62,480 bases of DNA from Vicinamibacterales bacterium. Its GTDB lineage: Bacteria > Acidobacteriota > Vicinamibacteria > Vicinamibacterales > UBA2999. The stretch's first letter is position 1; each line of letters opens with the position of its first letter. Shown here piece by piece: positions 33,282-41,610 of this stretch. The notes beneath the pieces were generated by a model. The model made no database searches, was not told where the DNA came from, and worked only from the letters and a program-made list of their open reading frames with translations. The stretch spans positions 1 through 62,480 of the forward strand of contig JBOGIR010000122.1 in assembly GCA_050742335.1 (NCBI GenBank), in the 5' to 3' direction. The translations under genes and the position numbers were made by a program.

Positions 33282-34355
33282 ATGTCTGCTTCACGTTTCG
33301 CGAGGTTCCTGCTGACGGCGCCGGTCGTCGCATGGATTGTCCTGCAGGGTGTCCACACGCAGGAGGCGCAGCAACCCGTGAACAGCGGCGCCAACCCGTA
33401 CCGGGTCATGCGGGACTGGGGCAAGCTGCCCGACCGGCCATGGGGCGGGTCCAACGGCGTCGCGATTGACCGCGACGGCAAGTCCGTCTGGGCGGTCGAC
33501 CGATGCTCGCCGGGCACCACGCCGGGCTGTCTGGGGACCAAGGTCAACCCTGTTCACAAGTTCGATGAATCCGGCAAGGAAGTCAGAAGCTTTGGCGGTG
33601 GCATGTTCGTGTGGCCGCATGGCCTTCACGTCGACCAGGATGGAAATGTCTGGGTCGCCGACTCAGGTCATACGACTCCGGACCTGCTCAAGAAGTTTCC
33701 TGGAGAAAAAGACAAGGGGAGCGTCGTGGTGAAATTCAGCCCCGAGGGGAAGGCGCTCATGACGCTGGGGAAGGCCGGTGTGGCTGGAAACCCGCCCGAT
33801 GCCCTGACCGACCCGACGAACGTGTTGACCGATTCAAACGGCGACATCTACGTCGCAGAGAGCCATACCGACGTCGAGAATCCGAATCTCGTCGGACGCA
33901 TCTCGGTGTTCGACAGGACCGGGAAGTTCCTCAGGACGATCGGGAAGACGGGGACCGGGCCGGGCGAGTTCCGGACGCCGCACGCCCTCGTGTTCGATTC
34001 CCGGGGCCGGCTCATCGTCGCCGACCGGCACAATCACCGCATTCAGATCCTGACGAAGGAAGGGAAGTACATCGGGGAATATCGGGAGTTCAGTCGCGCG
34101 AGCGGGGTCGCGATCGACAAGAACGACACCATCTATGCGGCCGACTCCGAATCAGATGCGCGGAGACATCCTGGCTGGCTCAAGGGGATCCGGATCGGGA
34201 GCCTCAAGGACGGCAAGGTAACGATGTTCATTCCGCCGCACAAGACCGACGGGCCAGACGGCGCGATGGGCGAGGGGATCGCCATCGATGCCGCCGGCAA
34301 CTTGTACACGGCGGAAGCCACCGTGAGGGGCGTCACGAAATACAGTAGGCAGTAG
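33282..34355 (+). CDS. NHL-repeat six-bladed beta-propeller protein, secreted
   Basis: Repeated 'P.G..VD..GN.WVAD', 'GEFRTPHALVFDSRGRLIVADRHNHRIQIL' and 'GVAIDKNDTIYAADS'. The last 4 codons lie inside the next repeat. Confidence 0.8.
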   Translation: MSASRFARFLLTAPVVAWIVLQGVHTQEAQQPVNSGANPYRVMRDWGKLPDRPWGGSNGVAIDRDGKSVWAVDRCSPGTTPGCLGTKVNPVHKFDESGKEVRSFGGGMFVWPHGLHVDQDGNVWVADSGHTTPDLLKKFPGEKDKGSVVVKFSPEGKALMTLGKAGVAGNPPDALTDPTNVLTDSNGDIYVAESHTDVENPNLVGRISVFDRTGKFLRTIGKTGTGPGEFRTPHALVFDSRGRLIVADRHNHRIQILTKEGKYIGEYREFSRASGVAIDKNDTIYAADSESDARRHPGWLKGIRIGSLKDGKVTMFIPPHKTDGPDGAMGEGIAIDAAGNLYTAEATVRGVTKYSRQ

Positions 34356-34495
34356 GCAGTAGGCAGGCAGTAGACAGTCGACAGCAGGCAGTAGAGGCAG
34401 TAGGCAGAGGCCGTGGGAGGACGCCGTCAGTGACTGAGGTGCTGATGCTGCCTACCGCTTACCGCTTACTGCTTACTGCCTACTGCCTACTACAG
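34343..34495. repeat. large hairpin element built from AGTAGGC 7-mers
   Basis: Left arm CAGTAGGCAGTAGGCAGTAGGCAGGCAGTAG...GGCAGTAGGCAG. Right arm CTGCCTACCGCTTACCGCTTACTGCTTACTGCCTACTGCCTACTAC. Confidence 0.85.
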
Positions 34496-34520
34496 AGAAA
34501 CATCTATTGGGAGGTGTGTC

Positions 34521-35159
34521 ATGCGTCGCACTCGTGTCCTCGTTGTGCTCGTCTTCGCTCCGCTGGCGGCCATTCTGATCGACCAGGCCGCGGCACAGCA
34601 GCCGGCTCGTCCGCCGGTGGGTTTCTTCATAACCAGCTCTACCTCCGGTACGGGCAACCTCGGGGGACTGGCCGGCGCCGACAAGACGTGCCAGACGCTG
34701 GCCGCGGCGGCCGGCGCGGGCAATCGAACGTGGCGGGCCTACCTCAGCACGAACGGCGCCGGCAGCGTCAACGCCCGCGACCGGGTTGGGTCCGGCCCCT
34801 GGTACAACGTCAAGGGCGTGCTCGTCGCGCAGAACCTGGCCGAGCTGCACTCCGACAAGGCGAACATCAACAACGACACGGCGCTTGACGAGCAGGGCCG
34901 GACGATCAATTCGCAGGGCGCGCCGAACCGTCACGACATTCTGACCGGCTCGACGACCGAGGGCCGGGCGACAGAGATGACATGTGAGAACTGGACGAGC
35001 AGCGGCGCGGGCAGCGCCATGCTTGGACATCACGATCGCCTGGCCCGCGGAAATCCAGGCTCGCCGTGGAACTCGGCCCACCCGTCGAAGGGGTGCTCGG
35101 CGGACAACCTGATAGCCACAGGCGGTGCGGGATTGGTGTATTGCTTCGCGGCGAAGTGA
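34521..35159 (+). CDS. secreted endostatin-like / DUF1554-like (C-type-lectin-fold) protein
   Basis: Signal peptide. Shows 'GNLGGLAGADKTCQTLA', 'TWRAYLST', 'GSTTEGRATEMTCENWTSS' and C-terminal 'LVYCFA'. Four Cys residues are spaced as in endostatin. Confidence 0.6.
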   Translation: MRRTRVLVVLVFAPLAAILIDQAAAQQPARPPVGFFITSSTSGTGNLGGLAGADKTCQTLAAAAGAGNRTWRAYLSTNGAGSVNARDRVGSGPWYNVKGVLVAQNLAELHSDKANINNDTALDEQGRTINSQGAPNRHDILTGSTTEGRATEMTCENWTSSGAGSAMLGHHDRLARGNPGSPWNSAHPSKGCSADNLIATGGAGLVYCFAAK

Positions 35160-35196
35160 TCAGATCGTTCACGCTTCTCGGCGGGATTCCAATTGC

Positions 35197-35224
35197 GTGG
35201 GGCGAACCGCTGGGTTCGCCCCAC
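35197..35224. terminator. perfect 11-bp hairpin GTGGGGCGAAC-cgctgg-GTTCGCCCCAC between convergent genes
   Basis: Read directly. Sits in the 84-nt gap between the 35159 (+) and 35244 (-) stops. Confidence 0.6.
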
Positions 35225-35243
35225 ACAATTCGCTATCGCTCCG

Positions 35244-36833
35244 TCAGTTCGTGCCCGGCTTGGCGCTGCTGACGAACTTCGCGAAGTCCGCCCACGGGAA
35301 CGTACGACCCCCGTGGATGGGCGCGATCGTCGTGACATCCAGCTTCAGCCGCTGCACGTTGTTGTAGAACGTCCTGTGCGACGCCGTGACCATCGCCGGC
35401 ATCGGCGCGCCCTGTGCCGGCGGCGTGAACAGGTCAGCCTCGATGACCATCTTCTCCTGCGGCAGGTACGCGATCACCATGCCCTGCGCGTGCTGGAGAC
35501 CCTGGACGTTGTAGATCTCCATGGTTCGTGTCCCGTCGCTCAACACGTGCTTCTGGCCCACCGCCTCGAACGTGTACCCCTCCGACACCTCTTCGGGCGG
35601 GAAGAGCGCCAGGCGGTCGGGCTGCAGCGTCCACGGCCGGATCCAGAGCACCTCCGCGTAGTACGGCAGATTGTTCTGCTGCATGACGATCGTCAGGTTC
35701 TCCGACGCGACGTAGGCGCGGAGGCCGCCGAGGTGATCCCAGTGGTGGTGCGAGCTCACGACGTACCGGATCGGCTTGTTGGGAATCGCCCTCTTGATTT
35801 CGCGAATCACGGCGAGCGAGCGCGCCTCGTTGAGCGGCGCATCGAACACCGTGATGTGGTCGCGGAACTCGACAGCGACGCTGGCGTGTGTTCCGCCGCC
35901 CATGTAGAAGATACCGTTCCCGATCTTCTGCACGTCGACCTGCACGGGCGGCACCTTGGCCGTCCGTACCGCGTCGGGGACGGCAGGCGCGGCGTCGGGC
36001 ACGTTCGCCCGGAGGTTCGAGACGGTGAGGCCGAACGAGTTGTGCCCGCCGCTCACGTTCACGCCCTGCCCCTCCAGGTCGTCATCGAGATCGTGATGCG
36101 CGTGGAAGTTGGTCGGGAACATCACGCCGCCAAAGTCCTTGTAGCCCCCGTAGACGAGCTCGTGATACAGGTCGCCGACGACCGGATTCGGGAGCCACGT
36201 CTGCACGCGCTCCACCAGGTTCTTGCTGTTGATGCCGCACTGCACGCGGTACTTGCCGAGCGCCATGAACGACACGCCGATGATGCGGCCCTTGTTCTGC
36301 TCGTTCCGTTCGGCGGCGATCGGATTGGCCCCCGGCGCCAGCGCCGCCTTGAGGCAGCCGTGCGGTGTCAGCCAGATTTCGAGCTGTCGCACCTCGGCCA
36401 CCGCCGGCTGCGGGACGATATTGGTGCCGTCCACGTTCCAGGCGAAGGTGCCGCTGACGACCCAGTTCCGGCGCTGCTCCCCGACGATCGGGGTGGTGAT
36501 GACCGGTGCGTTGGCGCCGCCGATCGGGCCGCCCTGTCCGGTGCTCGTCCTGAGCCCGTACTCCTCGCGAGAGGACCTGGCCTCGTAGTCGATCGTGCGC
36601 GTATACGTAGTGATGATGGGGGCCGGCCAGTCCATCGCCGGGTTGTAGTTCTGTCCCACTGCGGCCACATACCCCTCAGTCCCGGAGTACTGGATACTGC
36701 GAAGGTTCTCGCCGCCCATCGCCTTGAGGGCGGCCTGCAGCACGGTCCGGGCATCCGGCTCCTGGGCGATCCCCGGCATGCAGACCAGGGCCAGCGGAAG
36801 ACCAACAAGGAGAATCCACAATCTGCCTCTCAT
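35244..36833 (-). CDS. MBL-fold metallo-hydrolase with N-terminal extension, secreted
   Basis: The start gives 'MRGRLWILLVGLPLALVCMPGIAQE'. Canonical 'VVSSHHHWDHLGG' (HxHxDH). Confidence 0.8.
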   Translation of the reverse strand: MRGRLWILLVGLPLALVCMPGIAQEPDARTVLQAALKAMGGENLRSIQYSGTEGYVAAVGQNYNPAMDWPAPIITTYTRTIDYEARSSREEYGLRTSTGQGGPIGGANAPVITTPIVGEQRRNWVVSGTFAWNVDGTNIVPQPAVAEVRQLEIWLTPHGCLKAALAPGANPIAAERNEQNKGRIIGVSFMALGKYRVQCGINSKNLVERVQTWLPNPVVGDLYHELVYGGYKDFGGVMFPTNFHAHHDLDDDLEGQGVNVSGGHNSFGLTVSNLRANVPDAAPAVPDAVRTAKVPPVQVDVQKIGNGIFYMGGGTHASVAVEFRDHITVFDAPLNEARSLAVIREIKRAIPNKPIRYVVSSHHHWDHLGGLRAYVASENLTIVMQQNNLPYYAEVLWIRPWTLQPDRLALFPPEEVSEGYTFEAVGQKHVLSDGTRTMEIYNVQGLQHAQGMVIAYLPQEKMVIEADLFTPPAQGAPMPAMVTASHRTFYNNVQRLKLDVTTIAPIHGGRTFPWADFAKFVSSAKPGTN

Positions 36834-37040
36834 ATCTCCTCCTATTTCCAAATTCGCCGATTTCAACGAGCGCCCGGTGCGGCAATCACGCCTGTGCCGA
36901 ATTCGTAGCGAGACGCGCGCCGCGCTCGGCCATTTTGCTGCACCAACACTACTCCAACTACCCCCGCGGCATACAGCAGCACCCGATCGCGCCGCCAGAC
37001 CTTCCTCTTCCGCGCGCGGGCCACGGCTCAAGACGCTCCG

Positions 37041-37757
37041 TCAGGGGACGAGCGGCGCGAGTGGAAACACGAAGACGAACGACAGCGACCACGGGCTGGC
37101 ATCGTCGATGAAGCGTTCCCCGGCGACAACGTCTCCCGCTTTGGGCAGTCCCGTGGCGACGTAGTCCAGCGACACTTCGGCTTCGACATTGCGAAGCCAG
37201 TGACCCTCCCTCAGTCTGTTGAACACGTGGAACGCCGTGTCCCACTCGAAGTTGAGCTTGTGGGTATACACGCTGCCGGCACTGGGCGTCGCGCCGGGGC
37301 TGAACTTGTCCACGACATCAACGTGCGACGAGACCCAGCCGCCGGTATGGCCGGTGTCGAAGAGGTCGAAGTTCACTTCCGTCTCGATCTCGATGCCGTT
37401 GTCGCGAATCCCGCTGCGGCCGGACTCGGTGACCGTTGTGCCCGTGAACGGATGTTCCGCGGTGGTGCCGAAGGGCAGGAAAATCGCCTCCAGTGTGAGA
37501 CCGACGCGCGGAACCGTCGTGGGCACCTCGAGGGCGAAGATCAACTCGAACACCGTGTCTCGCGGTGCGCGCTCGACGACGCCGTCGGCCTCGACGCGGG
37601 GCCGGCTTCCGAGGTTCTCGATTGTCCAGGTCGGCTCGATCTTCAGCTCCGGCGCACAGAGAAACACGCAGCGGGTGTTCTGCGCCACCGCGGGAGTGGA
37701 GACGAGCACGAGCGCGGCCATCGTGAGTCCAACGCGCAGTGCGCGCCACCGAGTCAC
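37041..37757 (-). CDS. hypothetical secreted protein
   Basis: The GTG start gives the signal peptide 'VTRWRALRVGLTMAALVLVSTPAVAQ'; the alternative ATG is at 37721. No family recognised. Confidence 0.5.
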   Translation of the reverse strand: MTRWRALRVGLTMAALVLVSTPAVAQNTRCVFLCAPELKIEPTWTIENLGSRPRVEADGVVERAPRDTVFELIFALEVPTTVPRVGLTLEAIFLPFGTTAEHPFTGTTVTESGRSGIRDNGIEIETEVNFDLFDTGHTGGWVSSHVDVVDKFSPGATPSAGSVYTHKLNFEWDTAFHVFNRLREGHWLRNVEAEVSLDYVATGLPKAGDVVAGERFIDDASPWSLSFVFVFPLAPLVP

Positions 37758-37928
37758 GTCCGGCGCTGGAACGTCAGTTGTTTCATGGCGCAAGCTACGC
37801 AAGCAAAGAGCCGATTTCGCGCCACGTACCTTAACACGGCGTACCAAGAGGCTGGGCCCCGCGAGCCCCCGAGCCGGGCGCCGGCCGAGCATCACGTAGT
37901 TGTGCTACTGTCCCTCGGACGATCCGAC

Positions 37929-38984
37929 GTGCGCCTGCGTACACTCGTCCCGCCACTGATCGCGCTCATCACGCTCGCTATCGCACGCGAAGCCTCGGCG
38001 CAGCCGCTCGGCGTCGAACGGCTGCCGCCAGAGGTGTTCGCGGTCGTGCCGCCGTCCGCCCGCGTGCGCGGTGAGCCGGGCGCGATGACCGTTCAGCCGC
38101 GGGCGTGCCGGACACTGCCGACCGGCGACACGAGACGTCGCATCGTCGACGTCGCCGTCCAGGAATGGGGCTTCTTCGGGTTTCGGGTGGCCGACCCGGC
38201 CGATGTCGAGGATGATGCGCCCGGAAACGGTACGGCCAACGCCGATGGTCCTTCACCCGACGGCCGCCGCGGCCGCCGTGGGCGGCTTCCCCCGGCGGAA
38301 GCGGCGCGCGTCGCCGCCTCGATTGCCGGGTACTGGGCCGTCACGCCCGAAGGACCCTGGATCGTGCAGAGGCAGAACGACCGGTGGGAGGGACCGGACG
38401 GCATCGCCGCGCGATGGAACGCCCCGTGGTCGGCTGCGTTCGTGTCGTGGGTGATGTGCGAGGCGGGCCTCGGCGCGACGCATCAGTTCCAACGCGCCAT
38501 CGCCCATCACACCTATATCGACCAGGCGATTCGTGCCCGCGCCGGACGGGCGCCACAGGCGGCCTTTGTAGCCTACGACGCGGGCGAGACGACGATCGCG
38601 CCGGGCGACCTGTTGTGTTCATCGCGCCGCCCCGCCTACCGCACGATTGCGGAGCGCCGCCAGCAGATGGGGGTCGGCGCACGAAGCCATTGCGACGTGG
38701 TGGTCAAGGTGGACGAGGCGCGCGCGCGCATTCACGCCATTGGCGGCAACGTACGGGGAGTCGTCAGCCTGAAACAGCTCCCCGCGATTGACGAGGCAGG
38801 GAGACCGCTGCGGCTGCGCACCGGCGACGGTGAGCGCCCGATGTTCGCCCACCTAAAGCTGCGCGCCGCGCCGATCGACGCGAACGCGCTGGATACGAGC
38901 CCCACCATCGCAGCTCGCTCGCGCCGAGACGTCATCTCCACGGCGCGGCCTCCGGGCAGACCTGGAGCTCAACCCGGTTCCTGA
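37929..38984 (+). CDS. DUF2272-like secreted protein
   Basis: The GTG start gives 'VRLRTLVPPLIALITLAIAREASAQ'. 'WSAAFVSWVMCEAG', 'GDLLCSSR' and 'HCDVVVKVD...IHAIGGNV' match my recollection of DUF2272 (CHAP/NlpC-like). Confidence 0.6.
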   Translation: MRLRTLVPPLIALITLAIAREASAQPLGVERLPPEVFAVVPPSARVRGEPGAMTVQPRACRTLPTGDTRRRIVDVAVQEWGFFGFRVADPADVEDDAPGNGTANADGPSPDGRRGRRGRLPPAEAARVAASIAGYWAVTPEGPWIVQRQNDRWEGPDGIAARWNAPWSAAFVSWVMCEAGLGATHQFQRAIAHHTYIDQAIRARAGRAPQAAFVAYDAGETTIAPGDLLCSSRRPAYRTIAERRQQMGVGARSHCDVVVKVDEARARIHAIGGNVRGVVSLKQLPAIDEAGRPLRLRTGDGERPMFAHLKLRAAPIDANALDTSPTIAARSRRDVISTARPPGRPGAQPGS

Positions 38985-39130
38985 TTTCCTCACGACACGA
39001 TTGTTGTCGGCTTGCCTTGATAACTGGCGGGGCGTAGAGTTGGCACCAGGTTGTCCGGAAACGCGCAAGGACCTTTGACTTTTGGCTTACGCACAGGAGT
39101 CACCCCAGCCGGTTGTGTTGATAGGGATAC

Positions 39131-39192
39131 GGAACACCGAGACACCGAGACACGCTAGTGGATTGGCCTCGGTGCCTCTGTGCCTCGGTGGT
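39131..39192. repeat. hairpin element, CACCGAG/CACAGAG variant
   Basis: AACACCGAGACACCGAGACACG-ctagtggattgg-CCTCGGTGCCTCTGTGCCTCGGTGG. Confidence 0.8.
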
Positions 39193-39247
39193 TCGTGATC
39201 ATCAAGTGAAGTGAGCTCCGGGATTAAGGGCCTGAGGTGAGCGGACC

Positions 39248-41113
39248 ATGACACGAGCAGGGATCGGAGTGCTGATGCTGGCGGCGATCGTTGCCGGCCT
39301 GGGTGGACGATCGAGCGGTGCTGCACCGCAGGCGGTGGCGCAGGCGTCCGGCGCCGGAGGCGGCGGCGCGCGGGTCGTGTCGAGCCTCGTCGGCGCCGCG
39401 CGAGCGATGGACGGAACCCTTCTGGGGGGCGTCGTCGTCTCGGCGCGCGCGGTGGCGAAGAGCGTCACGACCTCGGTGTTCACCGACGATCGAGGCGAGT
39501 ACGTGTTTCCGTCGCTCGAAAACGGCCAGTACCACGTGTGGGCGCAGGCGGTGGGATATGAGACGGCGCGAGCCACGGTGACCATCGAGGCGACGCGCCA
39601 GGCCCGCCAGGCCTTCACGTTGAGCACGATCGAAGACATTACGCCGCACGTCTCGGGATCGGAATGGCTCGCGGCACTGCCCGAGGACACCAAGGAGCAG
39701 CGCCGCGCGAAGGAGATCTTCCGCGCCAACTGCACCGCCTGCCATAGCCCCGCCTATGCGCTGCAGAACCGGTTCGACGAAAGCGGCTGGCGCGCGGTGA
39801 TCATGTTCATGGAGCGAAACACGGGCACAGGCGGGATCAACCGGCACTCGACCATCGTCCATCACCGGGACGACCTGGCCCGGTACCTCGCGGCCGTGCG
39901 CGGACCGTCATCCCCCCCGCTGACATTCAAGCTCCAGCCGCGGCCGGCCGGCGACGCCGCCCGAGTCGTGGTCACCGAATACGACATCCCCCTGGCCGGG
40001 GCGAGAACGGAGCGGGCGTGGAACGACGGCAGCGACTGGTCGCTGGGGTGGCCGACCGCGTCGCTGGGCGCCCGGTGGATCCACGACGTGCTCGCCGACG
40101 ACACCGGCAACGCGTGGGGGACCAGGGACAGAGGCCCGGCGGACATGACGCTCTTCAAGGTCAACACCACGACCGGACAGGTCACCGGGTTCAGCGTGAA
40201 GAACGGCCAGAACACCCGGCGGTCGCACTCGATCGCCAAGGACCGGAACGGCATCATCTGGTTCGATGGCGGGGACGGCACGCTGGGCCGGCTCGATCCC
40301 AAGACGGAGGCATTCGAGATGTTCACGCCTCCGCTGAACATGGGTGGTGGCCAGCTCACCACAGTGGATGTGGACGCGCAGGGCAAGATCTGGGGTGCGA
40401 CCACGGGCGGCGCGAACCGCTTCGACCCGGTCACCAGGACATGGATGCACTTTACGAGCCTGTCTTTCGCCCGCAACTTCGTGTACGGCACGGCCGGCGA
40501 CGCCGAGGGCAATGGCTGGTGGACCCAATACACCCTGGACCGCGTGGTCAAGGCCGATCCGAGGACGGGCAAGACGTACGAAGTGGTGATACGGCCGCCC
40601 TGGCTGGACAAACGCGAAGACGTGATCACGGCAGCCGATCGCGAGTGGTACACGTCGATGGGGGCGATGTCCTGGGGCAACATCAACACCATTCCGTACG
40701 GGCAGCAGCCCCGCCGGCTCGGGGCGGACAAGCGCGGCGATTCGGTGTGGGTGCCGAACAATGCAGCCAGCAACTTGGCAAAGATCAACATCCACACACT
40801 CGAAACGAAGTACTACCCGGTTGAAGGCAATCCCTATTTCGTGACGGTCGACAAGGATTCCAACGTCTGGACGAATCTGTTCATCGACGCAAAAGTCGGA
40901 AAGTTCAATCCGCGAACGGAACAGTGGACGTATTACACGCTGCCCAGCCGCTGCGAGTCGCGCAACATCTCGGTTGACGACATCCGCGGCGATGTGTGGA
41001 TCCCCTGCGCCAACACGAGCCGCGTGATTCGCCTGCGGTTCAGGACGGCGGCAGAGATCCAGATCGGGGCAGACCCCAGTGATGCGTCGACTCAATGCAT
41101 CACTGGGGTCTGA
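39248..41113 (+). CDS. CarboxypepD_reg-like domain + heme-c (CxxCH) motif + beta-propeller (Vgb-lyase-like repeats) protein
   Basis: Shows 'GGVVVSARAVAKSVTTSVFTDDRGEYVFPSLENGQYHVWAQAVGY' and 'CTACH'. The C-terminal 400 aa carry repeated 'D..GN.W' strands. Confidence 0.75.
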   Translation: MTRAGIGVLMLAAIVAGLGGRSSGAAPQAVAQASGAGGGGARVVSSLVGAARAMDGTLLGGVVVSARAVAKSVTTSVFTDDRGEYVFPSLENGQYHVWAQAVGYETARATVTIEATRQARQAFTLSTIEDITPHVSGSEWLAALPEDTKEQRRAKEIFRANCTACHSPAYALQNRFDESGWRAVIMFMERNTGTGGINRHSTIVHHRDDLARYLAAVRGPSSPPLTFKLQPRPAGDAARVVVTEYDIPLAGARTERAWNDGSDWSLGWPTASLGARWIHDVLADDTGNAWGTRDRGPADMTLFKVNTTTGQVTGFSVKNGQNTRRSHSIAKDRNGIIWFDGGDGTLGRLDPKTEAFEMFTPPLNMGGGQLTTVDVDAQGKIWGATTGGANRFDPVTRTWMHFTSLSFARNFVYGTAGDAEGNGWWTQYTLDRVVKADPRTGKTYEVVIRPPWLDKREDVITAADREWYTSMGAMSWGNINTIPYGQQPRRLGADKRGDSVWVPNNAASNLAKINIHTLETKYYPVEGNPYFVTVDKDSNVWTNLFIDAKVGKFNPRTEQWTYYTLPSRCESRNISVDDIRGDVWIPCANTSRVIRLRFRTAAEIQIGADPSDASTQCITGV

Positions 41114-41135
41114 CCCCGTTAGGCCGTTAGGAGCG

Positions 41136-41576
41136 ATGGAGATGAGCCGACGGTGCTTGTGGTGCGTGGCGGTGCTCGTGACGATGACACCGCTCGCCAT
41201 GACGTCAGGGGGCCGGGCCCAGCAGAACGGAGAAGCCCGGGCGACAGTCCCCACCGTCGTCCGTGAGGAGTACGATATGCGGACGTTCATGGCCCCGCTC
41301 GCGCTGACCGAGACGGAGCTGAAGGGCCGTGCGCTCGTCGCCCAGCGCTGCGCCAATTGCCACGGGGGCGCGCCGCCGCGAAACCCCGGTCCACTCCTCG
41401 GGCGCGAGACCGTCGAGAAGCGGGGCGAGGCCTTCATCCGCGAGAAGGTCCGGAAGGGGTCGCCGGTCATGCCCGGCTTCGAGTACACCCTGGAGCCGGC
41501 GCAGATCGACCAGATCGTTGCATTCCTGAAGACCTTCACGCCGTCCCCACGCGGTCAGGCCGCCGCGCAGGATTAG
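41136..41576 (+). CDS. c-type cytochrome (monoheme)
   Basis: Signal peptide, 'CANCH' heme-binding motif and a downstream 'GSPVMPGF' Met ligand region. Confidence 0.8.
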   Translation: MEMSRRCLWCVAVLVTMTPLAMTSGGRAQQNGEARATVPTVVREEYDMRTFMAPLALTETELKGRALVAQRCANCHGGAPPRNPGPLLGRETVEKRGEAFIREKVRKGSPVMPGFEYTLEPAQIDQIVAFLKTFTPSPRGQAAAQD

Positions 41577-41610
41577 TCGCGGCCGCCGGCCTTTTCGAGG
41601 AAGGTGAATC

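Noticed and set aside
34343-34495. Tandem short repeats (here and at 30058, 56736, 12881 and elsewhere) that could be mistaken for CRISPR arrays.
   Set aside because: The units are only 7-8 nt long and directly adjacent, with no spacers. The two halves are reverse complements forming hairpins. No cas genes are present.
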